From the NCBI GenBank assembly GCA_963771175.1, contig CAVYSY010000026.1, positions 288,001 to 352,000 of the forward strand: a DNA stretch of 64,000 nt, written 5' to 3'. The translations under genes and the position numbers were made by a program. The stretch is from an uncultured delta proteobacterium. Lineage in GTDB: Bacteria > Myxococcota > Myxococcia > Myxococcales > Myxococcaceae. The notes under the pieces were generated by a model, which was not told the DNA's origin, made no database searches, and was given only the letters and a program-made list of their open reading frames with translations. Below, piece after piece: positions 11,208 through 23,393 of this stretch; the stretch's first letter is position 1; each line of letters opens with the position of its first letter.

Positions 11208-13044
11208 TCAGAGCGACTTCAGGTACTCGAGCAGGTCGCGCTTGTCCTCGTCGGACAGGGTGGTCCCGTACAGGTGCCCCTCATTGCCATTGCCCGACTG
11301 CCTCACATCGAAGGCGAAGGGCCCCTCTCCAGCGGCCGCAGAAGCGGAGCCGATCCTGTTGGGCTCTTCTGGAGTCACATAGGAATAGCCGACCTTGACC
11401 GGATCATACTCCCTCCCCTGGAGGATGAATCGCGCCGGGCGCTTCGATGGAGGCTGGAGGAGATCCCACAATGTCGGCACGGAGCCATTGTGGAGGTAGG
11501 GCGCGGTGGCCCAGACGCCGGGGAGCGGTCGGGCCACGTAGCCCTCGGTGGATTGCCAGAGAACGCTCTTCGGTTCGAGCGCCTCGACCTGCTGGGACAC
11601 TCCATCCCGTGCACTGACCTGCACCTCGACCCGCCGGAGCAGATCTCCCAGCGCGGCGGAGAAGTCGCAATCACCGACCTTCGCCGCGAAATTGACCGCG
11701 CGATTCTTGTCGGTCCCTACCGCCCGCGCGTCCACCACGTGCCCGGAATCGCCGCCATGGCAGGTCCTGCACTCCCGCGTGAAGAGAGCCTCCCCGCGAT
11801 TGACGCGCGCCTGCGCCAGCGCCCCGAAAGACTTCTCCGGCCAGCGTGGTGCGCCGAATTTGCCCGAGAGCTCCTCGAGCGTCATGAGGTTGCGGGGAAG
11901 GACGGAGGAGTCGAAGGTCTTGCGATCGATGGTCGCGCCCATCCCGAGAGCCTGACCAATGTTGCGCTGGAGGATGGAGTTGGTATTCGCGTCCCAGTGC
12001 ATCCACCCATGCTGGCGAAACTCCCAGAGGCAGGGGAAGCTCACCGGCGCGGTCAGCGGCACCTTCTCCTTCGTTCTGCACGAGTTCGTCGGGTTGTCGG
12101 GCCCCGCCGAGAACAACACCGCGCGCGCCACACCGAAGGCGTCGATCCGGCCAGGGCCCGCGGGCGTATGGGCGGAGATCAGCGGAGCGTGACGCTGGAA
12201 GTACACCAGGTGCCCCTGGAGGAGCCGGATCGCATCCGATACCGAGCGGATCGGCTTCCAGCTCAAGTCGCGGACGTATTCGTCGAGTGTCGGAACCGGC
12301 TCGGGGTTCGCCCGGTACTTCTTCACCTCGGCCCGGAGCTTCTCCTGCGAGCCCTTCGTCACATCCGGAGAGAGGTCGTTGGCGGGAAAGGCACTCTGCA
12401 GCCGCTGATTGTCCAGCGCCTCCGCGGGCTGCCGCGACGCACTTTCCCGTGGCTGGAGGGGGAGCTGCTTGGACAGGCGGACCAGGAAGCCCACCAGCAG
12501 CTCATCGTTGTTGAGCGTCAGCCAGAGGACCTCACCCGCTTCCTTGTTGAAGGCCTCCATGTCGAGAAGGCCCGGCGCGCCATCCACCCGGACCTTCCGA
12601 CCACGGAATTGAAGCTCGGCGACATGGCAGGCGGCGCAATTGAAACCCACGCGCGCGTACGGCCGGTGCGCATCCGCCGGAGCGATGGCCATTCCGACCG
12701 GCAACTGCTCGGGGTTGTCTGGATCTGACAGCAGCCCGAATCGCTCGGTGTGGGTGAGAAAGGATTGGAGGCCGGCCTTTTGGCCCTTCATGGCCGCGAC
12801 CAGACTCTGCTTGCTCGCGAGGGCGCGAAGCACCGGGAGGGAGAGGTGCTCGTTGCCCTGGGGCAGGTGGTAGAAGGTCTGGCGCTCTTCCGGGGACAGC
12901 TCGCCCGAGCCACTGCCGCCCGTACCAGCGTCGGGGCCGGGTGGAGCTTCGGATGAAGGTTTTGAACGCGGCCCCCCCGCCACAACTCGCCGCCCCTCCC
13001 GCGAAGACGAGCGCTCCGAGTACTCCCAGGATCGCGACTCTCAT
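11208..13044 (-). CDS. Di-heme cytochrome c protein, RoxA/MauG-like, probable lipoprotein (frameshift near 12980)
   Basis: Two CxxCH motifs (CAACH, CRTCH), GPGRIDAF, WATAPYLHNGSVPTL, GNGNEGH; signal peptide MRVAILGVLGALVFAGGAASC in the adjacent frame. Confidence 0.8.
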
Positions 13045-13276
13045 CGCACCACGACGGACCCCACGGAAGCCTTCCATCCGCTATCTCCCCTCACTTTGGA
13101 AGGAACAGAACGCCCACATCGGAAGCACTGGGCTGCAGGTGTGCGGCAGGTTCGGCAGACAGTCAGGGCATGACAAGTGCCCGAGCGGGTGGGTCAGCCC
13201 CCGGCCGGAGGACAAGCGCCACCGCGTGACAGCGGGGTCGTACGGGAGGACGGCTTGAGCTGTCGGATCTCCCGCT

Positions 13277-14707
13277 TCACGGAGTGTTCCGAGGCGGAGG
13301 GGCCCCGAAGTCCAGCGTGTACTCACGCGCGCCGCGGGAGAGCTTGCGCTCCAGACGCTCGATGCGGCGGCGAAGTGCGTCGGAGCCCTCGGCGGGCGCG
13401 GCGAGCCGGGCGTGGTGCAGGGCCCGTGGAAGGTCCTTGAGATCGTGCTCGTACAGCTTGGCCAGCGCGAGGTGGAGGGGAGCGGCCTGGTCCTTGCGCG
13501 CCGACGCGAGCGCTCGCTGCAGGTTCGCCACCGCCGTCTGGTCATCCCCCACCCGACGTGACAGCCGCGAGGCCAGCGCGAGCGCCTCGACCCCCACGGC
13601 GCCCCCATCCCCCGCGGCGGCGGCGCGGGCGAAGGCATGGGCCCGCTCGTAGTCCCGCGCCCGGAGCGCCACGCCGGCGAAGCCCAGCAGGTCGCGCGGG
13701 TCCTCGCCCTCCACACCGCTCGCCCGAAAGCGCCGCACCAGCATGCCCAGCAGCGCCGCCAGCAGGAGGAGGTCGTTCGCGTTGTGCTCCAGCACCGGCG
13801 TCAGGGCCGAGCCATCCGCGCCGCGCAGGAAGCGGAAGTAGAGGTCGGGAATCAGCGAGCCGTCCACATCGTCCACCCGGTGGTAACCGAGCACCTGCTC
13901 CTCCAGGTGCACCAGCCGCGTGCCGGAGCCGCGGTACTTGAAGACGCGGCGCGCGCAGTGCAGCAGGTCCAGGTGCGGCAATTCGGTGGGCGTGGGCACG
14001 CGGTTGAGCACGAAGCGCGTGCGCAGCAGCGGCCAGTCGAAGCTCTTGCCGTTGAACGTCACCAGGCACGAGGACTCCGCCATGCGCTCGGCGAGCACCC
14101 GCAGCAGGGGCGCCTCCTCGCCCAGCTTGCGCAGGAAGAGCTGGTGCACGCGCAGCGAGCGGCCCTCGAACCACGCGAGGCCCACCAGGAAGGGCACGGT
14201 GCCCGTGCCACCCGCGAGCCCCGTCGTCTCCGTGTCCAGGAAGAGCATCCGCTGGAAGTCCACGCCCGCGAGCCCCGGCTGCAGCGCGAGGCTGGCCACC
14301 AGCGCGGCCTCCACGTCCAGCGCCTCCGCGAGGGGCGCGCTGCCATGGCAGTGGTCCGGCGACAGCACGCGCTCGGCGACGTGGACCACGCCATGCGGGG
14401 TCGTCCGAGGCTCGGCCGGCAGCGGGCCTGGAGGTGGTGCGGAGGAGGGGCCCCGGCGAGCGATCGCCGCGCCCTGACGCTCGGCCCAGTCCCCGAGCAT
14501 CCGGCGCAGCGCGACCACGCGCGGGTCCGGCGTCTTCGGAGTCTCCGGAGCGGGAGCGACCTCCACGGGCTGGGGAGGCACCTCCGCCGCTGGAACGACA
14601 GCGGCCGCCTCCGGCCCCGGGGCTTCCGGAACAGGAGCTGGCTTCGTCCCCGGCTTGCCACCAGGGCCCACACCGCCGAGTCGTGCCAGCTTGCGCTTCA
14701 GGTCCAC
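13277..14707 (-). CDS. RNase H-like (DEDD) exonuclease with TPR-like C-terminus, YprB/MrfB-like
   Basis: FLDTETTGL, TFNGKSFD, HLDLLH, HNAND motifs; directly downstream of a DUF1998 helicase. Confidence 0.85.
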   Translation of the reverse strand: MDLKRKLARLGGVGPGGKPGTKPAPVPEAPGPEAAAVVPAAEVPPQPVEVAPAPETPKTPDPRVVALRRMLGDWAERQGAAIARRGPSSAPPPGPLPAEPRTTPHGVVHVAERVLSPDHCHGSAPLAEALDVEAALVASLALQPGLAGVDFQRMLFLDTETTGLAGGTGTVPFLVGLAWFEGRSLRVHQLFLRKLGEEAPLLRVLAERMAESSCLVTFNGKSFDWPLLRTRFVLNRVPTPTELPHLDLLHCARRVFKYRGSGTRLVHLEEQVLGYHRVDDVDGSLIPDLYFRFLRGADGSALTPVLEHNANDLLLLAALLGMLVRRFRASGVEGEDPRDLLGFAGVALRARDYERAHAFARAAAAGDGGAVGVEALALASRLSRRVGDDQTAVANLQRALASARKDQAAPLHLALAKLYEHDLKDLPRALHHARLAAPAEGSDALRRRIERLERKLSRGAREYTLDFGAPPPRNTP

Positions 14708-14719
14708 GGCGCGCCTCGT

Positions 14720-17139
14720 CTACTGCAGGGCCCCTACGCCGAGCGCCGACAGGAGCTCGAGGCCGAGCCGCTTGCGCGGATGGGCATCCACCGGCGCGCT
14801 CCCGGGCATGGCGCCCGCGGCCGGGCCGATGCAGGCGGGGCACCCGTCCTCACAGGCGCACGACTCCAGCAGCCGCCGGGCGCGACGCAGCAGCTCCTCG
14901 CGCTGGTCGAACAGGCGCGCGGCCAGCCCCACGCCGCCGGGCACGTTGTCGTAGAGGAAGATGGTGGGGTCGAAGCCCACGCCCCCGTCCTTGCGCGGCG
15001 GCCCGTCCGCGTCGTCCTTGCTCCCGAGCGTCTTGCCGAGGTCTCTCGGGTCGATCATCAGCCCCACGCAGGCCACCGTGCGCAGCGCGCTGGCGATGCC
15101 CCGGAGCGCGTCGATGACGGCGGGCCGGGGAGCGCCCATGGCGCGCACCACGGACTCGGGCACGGTGAGCCAGAGCGCGGTGGTGTGCATCTGCATCTCG
15201 GGCAGGGTGACCTCGCCGTAACCGACGTTCTCGTGGGTGTGGTACTTGATCTTCTTGTAGCCCACCACCTTCTCGATGACGCTCACCTCGCCCATGCCCG
15301 CCTGCAGCGTCCGGGCCCATGGGCGCGCCCTGGTCCTCCTGGATGACGTTCACCCGCACGTACGTCATCGCGTCGGTGAAGTAGTCCGGGGCCACCTTGC
15401 GCACGTAGGCCTTGTGGTTGTCGAAGTCGAAGCGCTCGACCTGATACTGCTCGGCCTCGTGCTGGTAGATGGCCTGCTCGTGCAGCATCGTGTGCGCCGA
15501 GCGGAAGTCCATCTCCGCGAGCGTCCGGTCCGTGCCCAGCTCGATGATGACGACGTTGTCCCAGCCCACGCTGCGCAGCGAGACGTGGTTGGCCGGGTAC
15601 GCGTCCGTGGACCAGTGGAACATCTTGCGGCCCTCGGGACCCGGCGTGGCGTGCACCACCTCGTGCTGCGCGAGGAACCCGAGCGCCTCCTCCGTGGACT
15701 CGGCCGGCACGTCCCCGAAGGCGTCCCCCTCCGCGAAGGGCAGCTCGAAGGCGGCGCACTTGAGGTGCTGGACGAGGATCTCCACGTTGTCCGGATCGAT
15801 GCGCGCGTGCTCCACGGGAGCGCCGGTGAGGTACTTCGGGTCCCCGGCGAGGTACTGGTCCAGCGGCGCGCTGGAGGAGACCAGGAGCGCGAGGCTGCCC
15901 GCGCCCCGGCGTCCCGCGCGGCCGAAGCGCTGCATCAGCGCCGCCACCGAGCCCGGGTAGCCGGCGCACACCACCGCGTCGAGCGAGCCGATGTCGATGC
16001 CCAGCTCGAGCGCGCTGGTGGCCACCACGCAGCGCACCCCGCCCGAGCGCATGGCGGCCTCGGTGGCCCGGCGCGTCCCCGGCAGGTAGCCGCCGCGGTA
16101 GCCCTGGATGAGGTTGGGGTCCATCTTCTCCTCGATGAACCGGTCCCGCAGGTACTTGAGCATCACCTCGACGTTGTTGCGCGACTGGCCGAAGAGCAGC
16201 GTGGACACCTCGGCGCGCACCAGGTCCGACACCAGCCGCACCGCGCTCTTGAGGTAGCTGGCGCGGATGCCCAGCTCCGCGTTCACCACGGGCGGGTTGT
16301 AGACCATGATGCGCCGCTCGCCGCGGGCGCGCCGCTCTCGGCGATGAGCGACACCTCGCGGCCGAGCATCCGCTCGGCGTGCGCCTTGCGGGTTGCCGAT
16401 GGTGGCCGAGGCCAGGATGAACGTGGGCGACGAGCCGTGGAAGGCGCGCCACGCGCTGCAGCCGGCGCAGCACGTTGGCCAGGTGCGAGCCGAAGACGCC
16501 CCGGTAGGTGTGCAGCTCGTCGATGACGACGTAGCGCAGGTTGGAGAAGAGGCGCGCCCAGTTGGCGTGGTGCGGGAGGATGCCGGTGTGCAGCATGTCC
16601 GGGTTGGTGAGCAGCACGCCGCTGCGCTCGCGCGCCGCGCGCCGGGCGTCCGCCGGAGTGTCGCCGTCGAAGGTGATGGCACCGTGCTCCAGGCCCGCCT
16701 CGCGCATGAAGACGCGCAGCGACTCCTCCTGGTCGCGCGAGAGCGCCTTGGTGGGGAAGAGGTAGAGGGCGCGCGCCTGCGGCTCCCGCGCGAAACGGTC
16801 GAGCAGCGGCAGGTTGTAGCAGAGGCTCTTGCCCGAGGCGGTGGGCGTGGCGATGACGAGGTTGCGCCCCTCGCGCGCCAGCCGGTACGCCTCGGCCTGG
16901 TGGGAGAAGAGCCGCTCGATGCCTCGGCGCTGGAGGGCCTCGCGCACCTGGGGCGCCACCTCGTCGGGGATGGGCGCGTAGGAGCCGGTCCGCTCCGGCG
17001 TCACCTCGTCGAGGACGAAGCTGGGCCAGAGCTGCTTGTCCTCGCGCCACCCCTTCAGGACGGCCTCGAGACCTCGGGGACCCGACCAGGGCTTGCGCCG
17101 GGAACCGGTGAAAGCCCCCTCTTCCTTCTCTGGCTTCAT
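14720..17139 (-). CDS. DEAD/DEAH-box helicase with DUF1998 Zn domain (YprA/MrfA/Hrq1 family), several frameshifts
   Basis: [47 protein letters not shown]-terminal [10 protein letters not shown]; ORFs 15283, 14850 and 14720 are collinear. Confidence 0.9.
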
Positions 17140-17150
17140 GGGGCCGGCCA

Positions 17151-17166
17151 CTGTACAGACGTATAC
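17151..17166 (-). promoter_or_regulatory. Putative Myxococcus-type LexA (SOS) box
   Basis: Minus strand GTATACGTCTGTACAG matches 14/16 positions of CTRHAMRYBYGTTCAG; 11 bp upstream of the helicase ATG. Confidence 0.6.
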
Positions 17167-17247
17167 CCGGCGAGGCAACGCGCGAGCGCCCCTCGTCCCA
17201 GCCACCCTGTGTGCGAGCGACCCGGACCAGGAGACGCAACGGTCCAC

Positions 17248-17314
17248 TCACTTCCAGACGTCCAGAAGTGATGTGAACCCTATGCGCACATCACTTCTGG
17301 ACGTCCAGAAGTGA
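17248..17314. repeat. Palindromic REP-like doublet (TCACTTCTGGACGTCCAGAAGTGA type)
   Basis: 24-bp copies at 17248-17271 and 17291-17314; the second is a perfect palindrome; 19-nt spacer. Confidence 0.85.
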
Positions 17315-17343
17315 AGCGAGAGAGCTCGCCCGAGCGGGCCCCA

Positions 17344-18033
17344 CTACTCCGACAACTCCAGCGAGCGCCACAGGTACCAGCTCGCCACCGTGCGCCACGG
17401 GCGCCAGCGCTCACCGTAGGCCAGCAGCTCCTTCGGGCGCGGCATCTCCTCGAGACCGTACGAGCGCATGAAGCCCTTGCGGACGCCGTAGTCATCCACC
17501 GGCAGCACGTCAGGACGGCCGAGCCGGAAGATGAGCAACATCTCCACCGTCCACTGTCCGATGCCACGAACCTTGGTGAGGTGCGCCACCAACTCGGCGT
17601 CGCTCATGCGCTTCGCTCGGGCCAGCGTGGGCACCTCGCCCTCCAGCGCCTTCGCGGCCAGATCGCGCAGCGCCGCCGTCTTGGCGCCGGAGAGACCGGC
17701 CTCGCGCAGGCTCTCCACCGGATGGGCGAGCACCGCCTGCGGCGTGAAGCGCGTCCCCGTTCCCACGCGCTCGCAGACACGACCGAAGATGGTGGCCGCC
17801 GCCTTGCCCGTGAGCTGCTGGTAGGCGATGGACCGGGCCAGCGCCGCGAAGGGGCTGCGCAGGGACTCCACCTTCATGCCAAAGGGTCCCACCCGCTTCA
17901 TCAGCGCGCCGAGCGTCGGATCCGCCTTCGCCAGCGCCCTGCGCGCCGCGGGTGTGAAGCCCTCCGGCAGGAGGCTCTCGGCGGAAGGCAGGGAGTCGGA
18001 AGCGGGAAGGACACGAGCAGTCGCGGCGGGCAT
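17344..18033 (-). CDS. alkA: DNA-3-methyladenine glycosylase (AlkA/HhH-GPD family)
   Basis: SIAYQQL, LTKVRGIGQWTVEM helix-hairpin-helix, LPVDD, WRPWRTVASWYLW. Confidence 0.88.
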   Translation of the reverse strand: MPAATARVLPASDSLPSAESLLPEGFTPAARRALAKADPTLGALMKRVGPFGMKVESLRSPFAALARSIAYQQLTGKAAATIFGRVCERVGTGTRFTPQAVLAHPVESLREAGLSGAKTAALRDLAAKALEGEVPTLARAKRMSDAELVAHLTKVRGIGQWTVEMLLIFRLGRPDVLPVDDYGVRKGFMRSYGLEEMPRPKELLAYGERWRPWRTVASWYLWRSLELSE

Positions 18034-18053
18034 GGGCCTATCGTAGTGCCCCT

Positions 18054-19083
18054 TCACTTCGACGCGAGAGGGTGGAATGCAACGCCGTCCAACCCCAGGC
18101 GCTGGCAGGCGTCGACGAAGCGCTCGGTGCAGACGATCGCGGTGGAGAAGTCCTCCAGCCGGAACAGGTCCGGTGACCGGGAATCGTGCTGGCGTCCAGC
18201 AGGAGCAGTCGGTCATCGGGCCGGGTGAGCGCCAAGGCGACCACAGCGAGAGCAAGGAGGCTTGCGATCCGGCGGAAGGCAATCCGGGTGGGCACGACCC
18301 TTGGGGAGGATCTCCAGCTCGAGCAGTTCGGGCGAGTTCCGCTGACGGAAACGGATCTCGGTGCGGCACCCCTTGAGTCCTCGCAGTCCCTCGGCCTGGA
18401 GCTTCTCCAGCGCCTCGCGCTGCACCAGCAGCCACCACTGGGCAGACGATCGCAGTGGAGAAGTCCTCCAAGCGGAACAGGTCCAGATGGCCAGGAATCG
18501 TGCTGGCGTCCAGCAGGAGAGCATTGGGCCGGGTGAGGCCGCGACGACCACAGCGAGAGCACGGAGGTTTACGATTCGGAGGCAGGCAGTCCGGATGCGC
18601 GCGACCGACGGGGAGGACTTCCAGTTCGAGCAACTCGGGCGAGTTGCGCTGGCGGAAGCGGAGCTCGGTGCGACAGCCCTTGAGTCCTCGTACGCCCTCG
18701 GCCTGGAGCTTCTCCAGCGCCTCGCGCTGCACCAGCAGCCACCATGGGTAGGGAGACACGAGCGGCCCGAAGCGGCCCCGGGCATTGCCCACCAATGGGC
18801 CAAAACCCGAACCTGGTTCCAGCACGGCCCCCGGAGGCAGCAAAGGGCGCACCAACTCACCCAGCCTTTCGTACTCCTCGAAGGGCTCGGCCCGGGCCTC
18901 CTCGAAGTCGGCCAGGGATGCGACCAGGGTCAAGTCCACCGAGGGGTACGCTTTTGAGCCGGCCCCCCAAGTCGTCTTGCATCCAGGGCAATTGATGATA
19001 CCCGGAAGCTTCCACTTGTGCGCGGCGTCAACGGAGCCCGTGTAGCCCGCCGACCTGTCTTCCTCGACGATGAAGTAGTGCAT
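18054..19083 (-). pseudogene. Double-CXXCG motif protein (SitI6-like immunity) with internal diverged duplication and frameshifts
   Basis: CPGC and CSRCG motifs, DLFRLEDF; the 3' half occurs twice (18129-18437 and 18442-18744); follows a TIGR02269-type lipoprotein. Confidence 0.7.
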
Positions 19084-19107
19084 CCTCGTGCTCCACGCCT
19101 TCCCTAC

Positions 19108-19824
19108 TCAGTCACAGAAGTAGGGCACGAGCGGGCCATTTACTCCGAATCGAATCATGAGTTCGCCCGCGAAGCGCCAGATTTCCTCTGGAGAGGCCCC
19201 CTCGTCCTGATTCTTGAACTGCCGCCAGGCCGCATTCCACTGACCACCGTCGGGCCCGCCACTGTGCAACCACTGGTGGAAGCTCTTGGGTAGGCGAATG
19301 GTGAAGGCATGGATGTCGATGCCCTTGAACTTGAACCATTCAGCCAGTTCTCTCTGCTGCGGGAAGATGTGGTGCTTCTCGAAGGGCTCACGCGGGGGAG
19401 TGAGGCAATAGTGGCGCCAGAGTTTACGCGCCCCCACCTCGCGGGTCTTCCAGTTGTGCCAGGGGATTTCAAAGACGGGGTCCGCGTAGCGGGGCACGCC
19501 CAGAGGGTGTCCCCACCAGCGGTGATGAAGCGGCGGCTCCACCAGGGGAGTCCGGAGGATGGGCGCCGGAGCCGGAACCGCGGCCTGCGCCAGCACCACA
19601 CGGTGCGCATCCACCTCCGCGATGTCCTGGCAGCGCCAGATGGCGCAGCGCTCCTCGTCGCACAGCGGCACCACGCACGTGGGGTCCGCGCGGGCCTCCT
19701 CCCACGAGGCGGACACGACCTCGGGCGCTTCGACCTCCTCACGCACGCCCGGCGCCGAGGTGACACAGGCGCTCAGCAGCACGCCGAGCAGCGCGAGACA
19801 CATCCTGGAGCGAGGAAAGCCCAT
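19108..19824 (-). CDS. TIGR02269-type myxobacterial lipoprotein toxin (SitA6-like)
   Basis: Lipobox LSA-C, CVVPLCDEERCAIWRC, EKHHIFPQ, HQWLHSGG, GQWNAAW; upstream of the double-CXXCG gene. Confidence 0.78.
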   Translation of the reverse strand: MGFPRSRMCLALLGVLLSACVTSAPGVREEVEAPEVVSASWEEARADPTCVVPLCDEERCAIWRCQDIAEVDAHRVVLAQAAVPAPAPILRTPLVEPPLHHRWWGHPLGVPRYADPVFEIPWHNWKTREVGARKLWRHYCLTPPREPFEKHHIFPQQRELAEWFKFKGIDIHAFTIRLPKSFHQWLHSGGPDGGQWNAAWRQFKNQDEGASPEEIWRFAGELMIRFGVNGPLVPYFCD

Positions 19825-19885
19825 GCGGCCCATCCTACTCGCGGCCGCGCGAGCCTCTCCGCTTTCGACAGGTCCCCTCCCCGGC

Positions 19886-21395
19886 TCAGCGGACCTTCTT
19901 CGACGGCAGCCCCTTCACCGCCGGGCCGTTGAGCACCTCGCCCGTCGGGCTGAAGCGGGAGCCATGGCACGGGCAGTCCCAGGAGCGCTCGGCCTTGTTC
20001 CAGTGCACGTAACACCCCACGTGCGTGCATACCGGGCTCACCGCGTGGACGACCCCGCCCTCCTCGCGGAAGACAGCCACCTTCTTGCCGTCCACCTCCA
20101 GGATTCGGCCCTCGCCTTCCGGCACCTCGGACAGCTCGTGCCCCTCCGGCTTCGCCAGCCGATCCGCCACGAAGTGGAAGGCCACCTCCGCGTTCTCCTG
20201 GATGAAGTCCTTCGCCCCCGCCTTCGGCTTCACCCGCGTGGCGTCATAGAGCGCCGCGTACGGGTTCTGTCTCCCCAGGATGAGGTCCGTGAGAATCATC
20301 CCCGACAGCGTCCCGAACGTCATGCCCGTGCCCGAGAAGCCCGTGGCCACCCACACGTGCCTCGAGTTGCTGTTGCGCCCGATGTACGCCAGCCCATCCG
20401 CTGGCTCGATGACCTGGCCGGACCAGCGGTGGGAGAGCTCCGTCACCGGGAAGCGCTTCAGCGTGTACGCCTCCAGCGCGTCGTAGTGGCGCTCCGTGTC
20501 CTCCTCGGTGCCCACCTTGTGGTCCTCGCCTCCGACGATGACGTAGTCCACGCCCTCCACCCGCTGGGTGCGGATGTAGTGATACGGCTCCTGACTGTCG
20601 TAGTAGAGCCCCGCCTCCAGCGGAGCATCGAGCCGCGCCGCCACCGCGTAGGTGCGGTACGGGTACAGCTTGGTGTGCAGGAAGAGGCGGTTGAGCGGCG
20701 TGGTCGTCGCCTCCACCACGTCCCGGCAGGTGAGGATGCCGTGCGGCGTATGCACCCGGCACGGCACGCCCTCGTGCAGCGCCGTCACCTGCGTCTCCTC
20801 GAAGATGTGGCTGCCGTCCCCGAGAATCCCCTCGGCGAGCGCCAGCAGGTACTCGCGCGGGTGGAACTGAGCCTGGTCCTCCACGCGCAGCGCCAGCTTC
20901 ACCGGGTAGGGCAGCGGCACCTCTTCCGTCAGCGAGCACATCAGCCCCGCCCGCCGAGCCGCGGACGCCTCGCGCTCCAGCTCCCGCGCCTCCCGCGTCC
21001 GTCTCCGCGTAGCGGAAGCCGGGCAGGCGCTGGAAGCCGCACGAGATGCGAAGCCGCTCCACCAGCCCGGCGATCTGCTCGATGGCCGCGCGGGAGGACT
21101 CGGCCGCCATGCGCGCCCCCTTCTCGCCGAAGTCCGAGGCCAGCGTGGAGTAGGGCGTGTCCAGCAGCTCGGTGAGGTGCGCCGTGGTCTGCCCCGTCTG
21201 CCCCGTGAGCAGCCGGTGCATCTCCACCACCGCCACGCGCTTCCCCTCCTGCTTGAGCAGCCAGGCCGTGGTGAGGCCCGCGATCCCACCGCCGATCACC
21301 ACCACATCCACCTCGAGGTCCCCCCGCAGCGCCGGGTAGCGCCGCGCCGGGGCCGTCACCGTCCACAGCGATTTGTGCGTGCGCTCTTCCACCAT
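19886..21395 (-). CDS. FAD-dependent oxidoreductase with C-terminal Rieske [2Fe-2S] domain (YhfW-like), frameshift near 21000
   Basis: GGGIAG, TGQTTAHLT, WSGQ, CTHVGC and WDCPCHGS. Confidence 0.88.
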
Positions 21396-21530
21396 GCTCC
21401 AAAGGCTAGGAACGCGGCCGAGGGGCGGTAAGGCGAGCGAGCGGCCTGCCTCGCCTGTCTGCCTGCCCTCCATTCGAAGCCTCGGGATGTATACGGGCCA
21501 ACAGCCCGGGCCCTGGGATGTTGGCCATCC

Positions 21531-22937
<1,407 letters not shown>

Positions 22938-22941
<4 letters not shown>

Positions 22942-23345
22942 TTCCTCCAGCGAGCAACGACACTCCGCCCCTCGTCCTGATTGTCGATGACTACCAGGAT
23001 GCCCGCGAGATGTACGCCGAGTACCTCGAGTACTCGGGCTTCCGCGTGGTCGAGGCCCGCAACGGCCTGGAGGCGGTGGAGAAGGCCTTGGCGATGCGGC
23101 CCTCGCTCATCCTGATGGACCTGTCGCTGCCGGTGATGGATGGCTGGGAGGCCACGCGGCGCCTCAAGGCGGACCCGCGCACGCGCTCCATTCCGGTGGT
23201 GGCCCTCACCGGCCATGCCCTGGACGGGCACTCGCGCGAGGCCCAGGACGCGGGCTGCGATGCCTATGTCACCAAGCCGTGCCTGCCGGATGCGCTGGTG
23301 CGCGAGGTGCAGCGGGTGCTGGCGACGGTGGCCCCGGCGGCGTAG
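22938..23345 (+). CDS. Single-domain response regulator
   Basis: LIVDD, ILMDLSLP, ALTG, TKP; ATGA overlap with the kinase stop codon. Confidence 0.9.
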
Positions 23346-23393
23346 CGCTCGAAGGTGCTACGCCATCGGGTGCTCGTGTGTCGGGAGTACGTC

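Noticed and set aside
14720..17139. DISARM or Druantia defence system (DUF1998 helicase)
   Set aside because: The architecture is a single YprA-type helicase plus YprB nuclease; no methylase, PLD or SNF2 partners
17344..19083. 579-aa CXXCG-AlkA fusion ORF
   Set aside because: Read-through is created by frameshifts in the duplicated segment; the CXXCG frame has its own stop at 18054 and alkA has its own ATG at 18033
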